Shown: positions 10,968 through 20,486 of the stretch, one piece after another
Position numbering within the stretch: position 1 is the first letter of the stretch
How the letters are laid out: every line of letters starts with the position of its first letter
Assembly (NCBI GenBank): GCA_963845245.1
Contig: CAWJRJ010000014.1
Span: 32,001-96,000 of the forward strand
DNA from: Nitrospirota bacterium
GTDB lineage: Bacteria; Nitrospirota; JACRHJ01
DNA: 64,000 nt
Direction: 5' to 3'
Made by a program: the position numbers and the translations under genes
Notes under the pieces: model-generated
What the model was told of the DNA's origin: nothing
Seen by the model: the letters and a program-made list of their open reading frames with translations, nothing else
Database searches by the model: none

Positions 10968-11987
10968 ATGTCAAAAATCAACCTTCTTACGTTTGGAACA
11001 GACGGGCTGAAGTCATTTATAGAGTCGTCAGGGATGTCCGGGTACAGGGCGGCACAGGTGGCCCGCTGGATATATGTCTCAGGTATCGAGTCCTTCGAAG
11101 AGATGACAAACCTGTCGAAGGCGGACAGGGAGCGCCTCGACGCGTTGGCCGAGATACGCAACATCGAGCTTGTAAAAAGGCAGGTATCGAAGGACGGCAC
11201 CGAGAAGTACCTCTTCAGGCTCGACGACGGGGAGATGGTGGAATCGGTCCTCATCCCCGAAGAGGAAAGGATGACGCTCTGCATATCCTCGCAGGCGGGC
11301 TGCGCGCTCGGCTGCGTGTTCTGTCTCACCGGCGCGGGCGGCTTCAGGCGCGACCTCCTGCCGTACGAGATAACGGGCCAGGTCTTTGCGGCGCGCAAGC
11401 TTGCGGGCGGCAGGGCGGTGACGAACCTCGTCCTGATGGGCATGGGTGAGCCGCTTATGAACCGGGTGAACGTCTTCGAGGCGCTCCGGTGGCTGACCTC
11501 CGACAAGATGTTCGCTATGTCCACCCGCAAGATTACCCTCAGCACTGCGGGGGTGGTGCCGGGCATCAAGGAGCTTGGCGAGAGCGACATAGGAATTAAC
11601 CTCGCGGTATCGCTTAACGCGACTACGGACGAGGTCCGGGACGCCATAATGCCGATAAACCGCAAATACCCCTTGAAAGAGCTGATAAAGGCCCTCAAGG
11701 CCTTCCCGCTCGCCCCCAGGAGGCGGATAACCATCGAGTACGTGATGCTGAAAGGGATTAACGACTCCCTGGCCGATGCGCGCAGGCTCTCTGTGCTGCT
11801 CCGGGGGCTCAAGTGCAAGGTGAACCTCATCCCGTTCAACCCTCATCCCGGCTCGGAATACAAGAAGCCGGAAAGGTCCGTCGTGTTCGACTTCCAGAGG
11901 CAGCTTGAGTATGCCAACTATACCGCGTTCGTAAGGGAGAGCAGGGGGGCGGATATCCTTGCGGCCTGCGGACAAAGTAGGATTTGA
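10968..11987 (+). CDS. rlmN: 23S rRNA (adenine-C2)-methyltransferase, radical SAM
   Basis: CISSQAGCALGCVFCLTG, MGMGEP, NLIPFN, AACGQ. Confidence 0.95.
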   Translation: MSKINLLTFGTDGLKSFIESSGMSGYRAAQVARWIYVSGIESFEEMTNLSKADRERLDALAEIRNIELVKRQVSKDGTEKYLFRLDDGEMVESVLIPEEERMTLCISSQAGCALGCVFCLTGAGGFRRDLLPYEITGQVFAARKLAGGRAVTNLVLMGMGEPLMNRVNVFEALRWLTSDKMFAMSTRKITLSTAGVVPGIKELGESDIGINLAVSLNATTDEVRDAIMPINRKYPLKELIKALKAFPLAPRRRITIEYVMLKGINDSLADARRLSVLLRGLKCKVNLIPFNPHPGSEYKKPERSVVFDFQRQLEYANYTAFVRESRGADILAACGQSRI

Positions 11988-12246
11988 TCCAGTTAGTAAT
12001 GCAACTTTTTACCCAGGAGTTGAAATAATTATTACTGACGCATAAAAATATATTGTATATCAGATATTTTTGAAGGCTACCGTGGCCAGCAAGCTTAATG
12101 CTAAATGGCAATGATTATTTACAGCAGAATTGCAGCAGTAGTAATAAATAACATTGTCTGTTACGGGCTTATAGGTATCTTAATATGGTTTGGTGTTTAT
12201 AGGAAAAAGCTACGCACGGACGGCGTGTCAAACGCCCAGAAATAGC

Positions 12247-12274
12247 TTGACCCGGTTTTTTACTGTTGTATAAT
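12247..12274 (+). promoter_or_regulatory. putative sigma70 promoter of the xseB-ispA-dxs-tlyA operon
   Basis: TTGACC-N16-TATAAT about 30 bp before xseB. Confidence 0.55.
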
Positions 12275-12303
12275 GAACGTTTACATTTGATAAAAGGTTA
12301 AAA

Positions 12304-12534
12304 ATGGAAGAAAAATTTGAGACGGCCATGAAAAGGCTGGAGGAAATAGTTGCGAAGATGGAGGGCGGGGAGCCCGGCCTTGAGGAGTCCCTTAAACTTT
12401 TCGAGGAGGGCATAAAGCTGTCCCGCGTCCTTAACAAGAGGCTTGAAGAAGCGGAACGGAAGGTGGAGATGCTGGTGCGGGACGAATCCGGCAACTTAAA
12501 AACCGAACCGTTCGAGGATGGAGACCAGTCTTGA
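12304..12534 (+). CDS. xseB: exodeoxyribonuclease VII small subunit
   Basis: FETAMKRLEEIV..LEESLKLFEEGIKL; upstream of ispA-dxs. Confidence 0.93.
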   Translation: MEEKFETAMKRLEEIVAKMEGGEPGLEESLKLFEEGIKLSRVLNKRLEEAERKVEMLVRDESGNLKTEPFEDGDQS

Positions 12535-13442
12535 CATTCGACCTTAAAGATTACTTAAAGCAGAAGAAGGGCCTTGTGGACGGATTTCTGGACAAGGCCG
12601 CCCCGAAGGCGGACACCATGCCCGCAAGCCTGCACCGCTCGATGAGATACAGCCTTGAGGCTGGCGGCAAGAGGGTCAGGCCGGTGCTCGCGCTTGCCGC
12701 GGCAGAGGCGGTACTGGGCGAAGGCGCTGCGGACAGGCCGGGCCTTATGGCTGCCGCGTGCTCTCTGGAATTCATACACACCTACTCACTCGTACACGAC
12801 GACCTCCCTGCGATGGACGACGACGACTTCAGGCGCGGCAAGCCCACGAACCACAAGGTGTTCGGCGAGGCGGTCGCCATACTCGCAGGCGATGCGCTGC
12901 TGACGCACGCATTCGAGATACTTGCCTCCCCGGTGTTTACGGGCGGTATGGACCCGGAAGCGAGGCTGGCCATAATAACCGAGTTGGCCCAGGCCTCCGG
13001 CAGCATGGGGATGGTGGGCGGCCAGGTCGTCGATATCGAGTCCGAGGGGCAGCCGGATGTGGATTTTGCGACGCTGGAATACATACATACCCACAAGACC
13101 GGGGCGCTGATACGGGCGTCCGTCAGGATAGGCGCGATAGCCGCCGGGGCCACGCCTTCGCAGCTTGAAGCCCTTACCCGCTATGGCACGGATGTGGGCC
13201 TGGCGTTCCAGATTGCGGATGATATACTTGATATCACCGGCACGATAGAGGAGATCGGCAAGGACGTCGGGAGCGACGTCGCGCGCGGCAAGAAGACCTA
13301 CCCGGCCTTTGTCGGGCTTGAGGAGTCCAGGCTTCGCGCGCGCGAGCTTTCCGAGGCCGCCGTCAGGGCACTGGACGTCTTTGGCCCGTCGGCCCTGCCT
13401 CTTAAAGAAATTGCGGAATATATCGTCTCAAGGAAGGGCTGA
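12531..13442 (+). CDS. ispA: farnesyl/geranylgeranyl diphosphate synthase
   Basis: GGKRVRP, HDDLPAMDDDDFRRG, FQIADDILD. Confidence 0.93.
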   Translation: MTFDLKDYLKQKKGLVDGFLDKAAPKADTMPASLHRSMRYSLEAGGKRVRPVLALAAAEAVLGEGAADRPGLMAAACSLEFIHTYSLVHDDLPAMDDDDFRRGKPTNHKVFGEAVAILAGDALLTHAFEILASPVFTGGMDPEARLAIITELAQASGSMGMVGGQVVDIESEGQPDVDFATLEYIHTHKTGALIRASVRIGAIAAGATPSQLEALTRYGTDVGLAFQIADDILDITGTIEEIGKDVGSDVARGKKTYPAFVGLEESRLRARELSEAAVRALDVFGPSALPLKEIAEYIVSRKG

Positions 13443-13463
13443 GGCGGGCCGGAAGGAGATATT

Positions 13464-15365
13464 ATGGCCTTGTTGGATAAAATTAATGAACCATCACAAT
13501 TAAAGGGTCTCGGAGTCAAGGAGATGACCGCCCTGGCCGAGGAGGTCAGGGAGGAGATTATCGCCGTCGTATCAAAAAACGGCGGTCACCTGGCTTCCAG
13601 TCTCGGCGTGGTAGAGCTTACCATTGCGCTCCACCACGTATATAATTCCCCCAAAGACAAGATCATCTGGGACGTAGGCCACCAGGCCTACACGCACAAG
13701 ATCCTCACTGGCAGACGCGACAGCTTCCACACGCTCCGCAGGCAGGACGGCATCAGCGGTTTCCCGAAGCGCTCCGAGAGCCCGCATGACGCATTCGACG
13801 TCGGACACTCCAGCACCTCCATATCGGCGGCTGTCGGGATGGCTGTCGCGCGCGACATAAAAGGCGAGGACTTCAAGGTGGCGGCGGTGATAGGCGACGG
13901 CTCGATGACTGCGGGGCTTGCGTTTGAGGGGCTCAACCAGGCTGGGCACTTAAAGCGTGACCTTGTCGTCATATTAAACGACAACGAGATGTCCATATCC
14001 ACCAACGTCGGCGCGCTCTCAAACTACTTAAGCCGCATAATAACCGGCGAGCGTGCGGACAAGTTCCGCAGGGACACCGAGAGCCTTATAAAGAAGCTCC
14101 CGCCCAAGTTCGGCGAACAGGTTTTGAAGGTAGCCACGAAGACGAGCGAATCCATCAAGGGGCTGTTCGCCCCGGGCATGCTGTTTGAGGAGATGGGGTT
14201 CTCGTATGTCGGCCCGATCGACGGCCACGACCTCCCCATGCTGATAGATACCCTGAAGGCCGCACGGTCGCGCAAGGGCCCTGTCCTGGTGCACGTCCTT
14301 ACCAAGAAGGGCAAGGGCTACGAGCCGGCCGAGAACAAGCCGACCGCGTTCCACGGGACGCCGCCTTTCGACGTCGAGTCCGGCGAGACCAGCAAGAGCT
14401 CCGGGGTGTCTTATACATCCGTCTTCGGCCAGACGCTCTGCGAACTTGCAAGGAAGGACAAAGGCATAGTGGCAATATCTGCCGCCATGCCGGAAGGCAC
14501 CGGACTATCAAAGTTCGCGACGGAGTTCCCGGACAGGTTCTTCGACGTCGGCATCGCCGAGCAGCATGGCGTGACCTTCGCCACAGGGCTTGCCGCATGC
14601 GGGCTAAAACCGGTCACGGCAATATATTCGACCTTCATGCAGAGGTCTTACGACCAGGTTGTACACGACCTGTGCATGCAGAAGCTGCCGGTCGTGCTTG
14701 CCATGGACCGGGCGGGAATCGTGGGCGAGGACGGCGAGACCCACCAGGGCCTGTTTGATATATCATTTCTTCGGCACGTGCCGAACCTTGTATTCATGGC
14801 GCCCAAGGACGAGAACGAGCTGAGGCACATGATGTTCACGGCTTTCAGGCTTGGCTGCCCCGTGGCGCTTCGCTACCCGAGGGGCAACGGCGAGGGCATA
14901 CCCATGGACGAAGACCTGAAGGATATCGAGGTAGGCAAGGGCGAGGTGCTGCGCGAAGGCACGGACCTTACCATCATAGCGGTCGGCAATACTGTATACC
15001 GTTGCATCAAGGCCGCCGAAAGCATGGGAGAAAAGGGTTTGTCGGTAGGCGTTATCAACGCCAGGTTCGTCAAGCCGATTGACAAGGAACTGATACTCTT
15101 GACAGCCTCCAGGGGCGGCAAGATAATGACTGTTGAGGAAAACGTCCTGGCCGGCGGCTTTGGCTCGGCCGTGCTTGAAGTCATAGAAGATGCCGGCATC
15201 ACGGGTGTCCTGGTCAAAAGGCACGGTGTCGATGATATATATGTAGAGCAGGGGACACAGGCCCAGATAAGGCACAGGCTCGGGCTTGATACCGAAGGTA
15301 TAGAGGCAGCCGCGTCCGCATTCATTAAAAGTGCGGTCGGGGAAGAGGCCTTTTTTGAGAATTGA
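13464..15365 (+). CDS. dxs: 1-deoxy-D-xylulose-5-phosphate synthase
   Basis: WDVGHQAY, GHSSTSIS, GDG..LNDN, DVGIAEQH, RYPRG. Confidence 0.97.
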   Translation: MALLDKINEPSQLKGLGVKEMTALAEEVREEIIAVVSKNGGHLASSLGVVELTIALHHVYNSPKDKIIWDVGHQAYTHKILTGRRDSFHTLRRQDGISGFPKRSESPHDAFDVGHSSTSISAAVGMAVARDIKGEDFKVAAVIGDGSMTAGLAFEGLNQAGHLKRDLVVILNDNEMSISTNVGALSNYLSRIITGERADKFRRDTESLIKKLPPKFGEQVLKVATKTSESIKGLFAPGMLFEEMGFSYVGPIDGHDLPMLIDTLKAARSRKGPVLVHVLTKKGKGYEPAENKPTAFHGTPPFDVESGETSKSSGVSYTSVFGQTLCELARKDKGIVAISAAMPEGTGLSKFATEFPDRFFDVGIAEQHGVTFATGLAACGLKPVTAIYSTFMQRSYDQVVHDLCMQKLPVVLAMDRAGIVGEDGETHQGLFDISFLRHVPNLVFMAPKDENELRHMMFTAFRLGCPVALRYPRGNGEGIPMDEDLKDIEVGKGEVLREGTDLTIIAVGNTVYRCIKAAESMGEKGLSVGVINARFVKPIDKELILLTASRGGKIMTVEENVLAGGFGSAVLEVIEDAGITGVLVKRHGVDDIYVEQGTQAQIRHRLGLDTEGIEAAASAFIKSAVGEEAFFEN

Positions 15366-16096
15366 GTAAGGAGCGGCTGGACAAGGAGATCTTGAGGCGC
15401 GGCCTTGCCGACACAAGGCAGAAGGCCCAGGGACTGATACTCTCCGGCCGAGTAGTCGTCGATGGCAGGGTTGCCGATAAGGCCGGAACGCAGGTCGGCC
15501 CCGATGCGGATATAAGGTTGACCGGAGACTACCTCCCATACGTGTCACGGGGCGGCTTGAAATTGAAAGGCGCCCTGGACAACTTCAAGATAGATGTCAC
15601 AGGCCTTGTATGCGCCGACATTGGCGCGTCGACAGGCGGTTTTACCGACTGCCTTCTACAAGAGGGGGCTGCAAAGGTATATGCCATAGACGTCGGCTAT
15701 GGCATCCTGGACCTCAAGATACGGAACGACCAAAGAGTGACCGTTATCGAGCGGTTCAACGCACGCTTCCTCACACAGGACACGCTTCCTGAAAAAGTGG
15801 ACCTGGCGGTCATTGACGCATCATTCATTTCACTGAAGCTGCTGCTTAAACCAGTCTTGGCGATCCTCAAGCCGGGGTGTCCGATAATCGCCCTGGTAAA
15901 GCCCCAGTTCGAGGTGGGACGGGAGAATGTCGGCAAAGGCGGGATTATCAGGGACGAGGGCTTGAGGGCTGCCGCGCTTGAGGCAATCAAGGAGTTTGCG
16001 TCATCGATTGGGGCGTCGGTGGAAGGCGAGATGGAATCGCCTATAACGGGCGCTAAGGGAAATGTGGAATACCTGCTCCACCTGAAAGCGCCTTAA
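15362..16096 (+). CDS. tlyA: TlyA family rRNA methyltransferase
   Basis: S4 domain, YVSRGGLKL, DIGASTGGFTD, KPQFE, GAKGNVEY. Confidence 0.93.
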   Translation: MSKERLDKEILRRGLADTRQKAQGLILSGRVVVDGRVADKAGTQVGPDADIRLTGDYLPYVSRGGLKLKGALDNFKIDVTGLVCADIGASTGGFTDCLLQEGAAKVYAIDVGYGILDLKIRNDQRVTVIERFNARFLTQDTLPEKVDLAVIDASFISLKLLLKPVLAILKPGCPIIALVKPQFEVGRENVGKGGIIRDEGLRAAALEAIKEFASSIGASVEGEMESPITGAKGNVEYLLHLKAP

Positions 16097-16117
16097 GGCA
16101 ATGAAAGGGATAAAGGA

Positions 16118-16786
16118 ATGGATGACGAGCTGAAGGAACTCAAGGAAAGGCTGGTGGCGAATCCAGAGAAACTGGCCTCGGAGATATTTGACCTCCCGTA
16201 CGAGCTCGTCGAAGTTCTGGCTGCCGACACTGAATTCAGGCCGCTGGTTGAAACGGCAATTGTGCGGAACGGTGGGGCACATCTTTCTGGCCAGCCAGGA
16301 TCCCTCACCCCGGCGGAAATCGCGGCTGTGGTCAGGACCAGGCAGGAAGAGGAACAGCGGGAGGAGGACGATAAAAAGCTCAGCCTGTTGACGAGGATAT
16401 CGAGGCTTGATGTAGGTTCAAAGGCGAAGCTTGCCCGGAATGGCGATAAGGATGCCCGCACGATCCTCATTAAAGACGCCAACAAGCTTGTATCCATGGC
16501 CGTGCTGGCCAACCCGAAGCTGACCATCCAGGAAGTAGAGGTGTTGGCAGCGTCGCGCAACGTCTCCGACGAGGTGCTTAGGGTGATATCCAGAAACCAG
16601 GACTGGTGCAAGAGCTATACGGTAATATTTAACCTGGCAAACAACCCGAAGACCCCTGTTGCCATAAGCCTTACCTACCTGCCAAGGCTTCTCACGCGTG
16701 ACCTCAGGCTGCTTGCAAAGAGCAAGGGTGTCCCGGAAATAATAAGGACGACAGCGAAAAGGCATAATGATAAGAGGCAATTTTGA
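16118..16786 (+). CDS. hypothetical helical-repeat protein
   Basis: 222-aa ORF with RBS; repeated xANP motifs (LVANP, VLANP, LANNPKTP). Confidence 0.7.
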   Translation: MDDELKELKERLVANPEKLASEIFDLPYELVEVLAADTEFRPLVETAIVRNGGAHLSGQPGSLTPAEIAAVVRTRQEEEQREEDDKKLSLLTRISRLDVGSKAKLARNGDKDARTILIKDANKLVSMAVLANPKLTIQEVEVLAASRNVSDEVLRVISRNQDWCKSYTVIFNLANNPKTPVAISLTYLPRLLTRDLRLLAKSKGVPEIIRTTAKRHNDKRQF

Positions 16787-17028
16787 CGTTTTTTCTTAAT
16801 AAAAATTAATGTAAGACCTTTAATTAAAAAATATTTAAAAAGCCCATTATATTGTAGTCTCCTACCGCTGCCACTACGCCAAGTTGTATTCCCAGTTTTT
16901 TTTCTAAAGCCGTAACGCCTTAAAATATCTAAAAAAAGCCTTGACAAAGAAAAATGCTTAGTATACTTAATATACCAAGACGTTTTAAATGTTAAACTAT
17001 TTTAATTTTATACTTAAAAAGGGCTACT

Positions 17029-17229
17029 ATGGGCATGACTAAAAAAGCCGCAGCCGAGAAATTCAAGACCAAGGATATATGCAAGATATATGATATTTCC
17101 AGGTCGACCCTCTTCAGGTGGGAGAGCGAGGGCCTGATCACAGGCGTTGAGAGGGACTGGAGAGGGTGGAGGCTTTACCATCAGAAGAACCTGAAAGAGA
17201 TAGAGCGGATAATGAAGCAAAAGCAGTAG
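17029..17229 (+). CDS. small MerR-like helix-turn-helix DNA-binding protein
   Basis: TKDICKIYDISRSTLFRWESEGLI..RDWRGWRLY; no effector domain. Confidence 0.8.
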   Translation: MGMTKKAAAEKFKTKDICKIYDISRSTLFRWESEGLITGVERDWRGWRLYHQKNLKEIERIMKQKQ

Positions 17230-17276
17230 GGACCGGACGCGGTTTTTAAAAACCCGAAAGCCTCACGAGGTGACAA

Positions 17277-18332
17277 GTGTTATTCGGCAAGAAAACCAGG
17301 ATAATCGGGCTTGATATCGGCTCACAGACGATAAAACTTGCCCAGATCGTCGAGCGGGGCAAGGAACTCGTGCTCGTAAAGTTCGGGGTCAAGCAGCTTT
17401 CCCCGGAGGCTATAGTCGACGGCACTGTCCTTGACAGGACGCAGGTTGCCGGCGTTATTACTGAACTCATTCAGGAGCAGCAGGTAAAGTCAAAGGATGT
17501 CGCCGTAGGCGTCTCCGGAAACTCGGTCATAGTAAAAAGGATATCACTCCCTGAGATGGGCGAGGAGGAACTCGCTGAGTCCATCAACTGGGAGGCTGAG
17601 CAGTACATCCCCTTCGCCATAGACGACGTCAACCTGGACTTCCAGATACTCGGCCCTTCACCCAAAGAAGGCGCCAACACTATGGACGTCGTCCTCGTCG
17701 CTGCAAAAAAAGACAAGATAAACGACTATGTATCGCTTGTGACAGAGGCCGGCTTGAACCCCGTAATAATGGATGTAGACGCCTTTGCGCTCGAAAACAT
17801 GTTCGAGGTGAATTACGAGATTGTGACCGGCCGGGTGGATGCATTGATAAATGTCGGTGCCGCGGTCATGAGCATCAACATCCTTCGGGACGGCGCTTCG
17901 GTCTTTACCAGGGATAGCTCGATCGGCGGCAACCATTACACCGAAACGCTGCAGAAAGAGTTCGGGGTCAGTTACGACGTCGCGGAGCAGCTGAAAAAAG
18001 GCGAAGAGGCTGGCGGAGTGAGCCTGGAGCAAGTGCAGGAGGTACTGAATACAGTATCGGAAGAACTTGCAGCCGAGGCAGGCCGTTCGGTCGACTTCTT
18101 CCGGTCTACAACCGGCGTAGAAAATGTCGACAGGGTTATTCTTTCCGGCGGCACTTCAATGGTGAACGGTTTTGCAGACGTCCTTGCCGAAAGGGTGGGC
18201 GTCCAGGTCGAGCTGGCGAACCCTTTCAGGAATATTGGCATTGACCCGGGTATAGATGCGGAGATGGCGCGGAACATGGCGCCTGCGGCGGCCGTCGTAG
18301 TCGGGCTTGCTTTAAGGAGGCTCGGAGATTAA
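17277..18332 (+). CDS. pilM: type IV pilus assembly protein PilM
   Basis: IGLDIGS actin-like motif, WEAEQYIPF, LSGG, GLALR. Confidence 0.95.
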   Translation: MLFGKKTRIIGLDIGSQTIKLAQIVERGKELVLVKFGVKQLSPEAIVDGTVLDRTQVAGVITELIQEQQVKSKDVAVGVSGNSVIVKRISLPEMGEEELAESINWEAEQYIPFAIDDVNLDFQILGPSPKEGANTMDVVLVAAKKDKINDYVSLVTEAGLNPVIMDVDAFALENMFEVNYEIVTGRVDALINVGAAVMSINILRDGASVFTRDSSIGGNHYTETLQKEFGVSYDVAEQLKKGEEAGGVSLEQVQEVLNTVSEELAAEAGRSVDFFRSTTGVENVDRVILSGGTSMVNGFADVLAERVGVQVELANPFRNIGIDPGIDAEMARNMAPAAAVVVGLALRRLGD

Positions 18333-19069
18333 TGATCAAAATAAACCTCCTCCCGCACAAGAAAGTCAAAGCCGTTGAAAAAGGTGTGCTCCAGCTCAGG
18401 ATTATCGCTTTTGCGATAACCGCCCTGGTTTTTGTGGGGCTTTTATACGGGTTCATCAAAATACATGCAACCAACAGCGAGCTTTCAGAAAAGAACCTGC
18501 AGACATCACAACAGCTTGCGGCCCTGAAGAAAAAGGTAAAGGACGTCGAGGGCTTCGAACAGACAAGGAAAGACCTGGAACAGAAGCTGTCGGTAATCCA
18601 GGAGTTGCAAAAAAGGCGCGTGCCGATGTCTGTTATATTGAGCGAACTCAACAAGCAGACCACAAAGGACATATGGTTCACGTCGCTGCACATCGGAGGT
18701 ATCACCTTCGAACTGACAGGCATGGCCAGGGACAGCAGGTCGAACGCGGAGTCCTTTTTCAAGAAACTGGAAGCGGCTGATATATTTTACGACCTTAACC
18801 TCGAAGACGTGAAGGAAGACACCACTGGCGAAGCAAAAAAGAAGGAAAGCTCCGTCAGCAGCGGGAAAAAGAAGGAAGGCCTAGTCAACGCCGGGAGGAT
18901 GTTTGCCTTCAAAATTTCCGGGAAGCTTAAGGGCTACGAAGAGCCCGCCCCTCAGGCCGTCCCGCAGGATACCCAAGTAAAAGGCAAGGCTGTGCCGAAA
19001 GCCGCTCCACCTGCCGCACAAGGCAAGGTTGCGCCGAAAGCTGCTCCCACCGGGAAAACCGGCAAATAG
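18332..19069 (+). CDS. pilN: type IV pilus assembly protein PilN
   Basis: MIKINLLP motif, TM helix and coiled coil; synteny. Confidence 0.9.
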   Translation: MIKINLLPHKKVKAVEKGVLQLRIIAFAITALVFVGLLYGFIKIHATNSELSEKNLQTSQQLAALKKKVKDVEGFEQTRKDLEQKLSVIQELQKRRVPMSVILSELNKQTTKDIWFTSLHIGGITFELTGMARDSRSNAESFFKKLEAADIFYDLNLEDVKEDTTGEAKKKESSVSSGKKKEGLVNAGRMFAFKISGKLKGYEEPAPQAVPQDTQVKGKAVPKAAPPAAQGKVAPKAAPTGKTGK

Positions 19070-19075
19070 GAAAGG

Positions 19076-19660
19076 ATGGGTATGAAAGCGATAAGGGATA
19101 AACTAAAGAAAATAAACCCAAAGCATTTGACCATGATGCTTTTTCTCGTCCCCATTTTTTTGATCGCTGTTTTTATGTATGTTGTTTACCTCCCATACCA
19201 AAAGTCGAACAGCAACCTGGAACAGAAGATCCAGCAGAACGAGAGCGAGATATCCAAAAGCCAGGTAATGCAGAGGAAGCTTGCCGAGTTGAAAGTAGCC
19301 AACTTAAAACTGCAGGAAGACCTGAAAAGCGCAACGGCCGTCCTGCCGGGCACTGAAGAGGCCGCCAAGCTTCCTGATACCTTAACCGACATGATGAAAG
19401 CGTCGGGGCTTACGTACAAATCCATCACCCCTGGCAAAATTACTGCAGGTCCAAGCGGCCTGTATTCTGAGATGCCGATAGCTGTAGAGTTCTCCGGAAG
19501 TTACCACGACGTAGGCAAGTTTATGGAAGGCATAGACAACATAACCAGGCTTGTGTCGGTATCTGATATCAATATGTCTTCCGCAACCATGGACGGTAGA
19601 AGGATGAATATACCGGTAAAAATGACCATCCTTGCCTACACTGCTGGCGGAGGTAAATAG
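19076..19660 (+). CDS. pilO: type IV pilus assembly protein PilO
   Basis: GSYHDVGKFM...TRLVSV; synteny. Confidence 0.9.
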   Translation: MGMKAIRDKLKKINPKHLTMMLFLVPIFLIAVFMYVVYLPYQKSNSNLEQKIQQNESEISKSQVMQRKLAELKVANLKLQEDLKSATAVLPGTEEAAKLPDTLTDMMKASGLTYKSITPGKITAGPSGLYSEMPIAVEFSGSYHDVGKFMEGIDNITRLVSVSDINMSSATMDGRRMNIPVKMTILAYTAGGGK

Positions 19661-19664
19661 CAAA

Positions 19665-20486
19665 GTGGAAAACAGAACAAAAAAACTTGTCATATTGCTT
19701 GTTATCTTGGCTGTTATAGCTGCCGGGTTTTACGGTTATAAATATTTTATAGCCAAAAAGCCCGCGCCGCCCAAGGTTGTCGTCAAGATGGGTTCTCCCT
19801 TGCCAAAGAAGGCTGGGCCGTCACAAATGCCGTCGGCTACCGCCGCGCCTACCGCTGCTGCGCCAGAGAAACCGGCCACAACTATAAGCGTTGTGGAAAA
19901 AGGCAAGGAAATAAAGTATTCCAGCCCTGAAGAGTTTGTCGCAAAGACTACTCTCACCCCGCTTGAAGCTGAAGACTTCGGCAAGAAAAAACTCGAAGAA
20001 TCAAAAAAGAAGTTTGAGTCTGCTAAGGCCGGCAAGGACAAGGCTGCAATAGTGGCGGCGGAAGAAGAACTGAATATCTCCGAAAAGCTGAACTCCCTTG
20101 TTGCAGCCCATATGAGAGAGAGCATGGGCAGAAAAACGTATGCATATGCTGCTCTTGGCAAAAGGGACCCCTTTATGAACCCGTTTGAGATCCCAAAGGT
20201 ATATCCCCCGATACCGGCTAATGCTAAACCGTATGAAAGAGTTCCGGTCGAGCAGATTAGCTTAAAGGCTGTGGTCTGGAACCAGAAGGGGTACCGGGCT
20301 ATGATAGTAACGCCCGACGGGCGCAGTTTCGTCGTAAAAGCTGGCGAAAGGATCGGAGACAAGCTTGGACTTATAACAAAAATTACCAGCGACAGGATAT
20401 TCGTGACCGAGAAAATAAAGGATATTCTGGGAGATGTGGAAACCAAGAATACTATAATGCAACTGCATCACAAGGAGGCGGAGTAA
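19665..20486 (+). CDS. pilP: type IV pilus assembly protein PilP
   Basis: GKRDPF, AMIVTPDG..VKAGERIG; GTG start inferred; synteny. Confidence 0.85.
   Translation: MENRTKKLVILLVILAVIAAGFYGYKYFIAKKPAPPKVVVKMGSPLPKKAGPSQMPSATAAPTAAAPEKPATTISVVEKGKEIKYSSPEEFVAKTTLTPLEAEDFGKKKLEESKKKFESAKAGKDKAAIVAAEEELNISEKLNSLVAAHMRESMGRKTYAYAALGKRDPFMNPFEIPKVYPPIPANAKPYERVPVEQISLKAVVWNQKGYRAMIVTPDGRSFVVKAGERIGDKLGLITKITSDRIFVTEKIKDILGDVETKNTIMQLHHKEAE

Noticed and set aside
10922..11975. Long antisense ORFs opposite rlmN (likewise opposite glnA, the NmrA genes, the cpxA-like gene, acsA and gltX)
   Set aside because: Shadow ORFs expected from GC-rich codon usage of the real genes on the other strand
11990..12240. 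AT-rich gap before xseB, with xseA absent
   Set aside because: No ORF, repeat or structure found; xseA is often encoded elsewhere
18981..19052. Short tandem repeat in the PilN tail (GKAVPKAAP / GKVAPKAAP)
   Set aside because: Low-complexity linker duplication with no sign of a separate function
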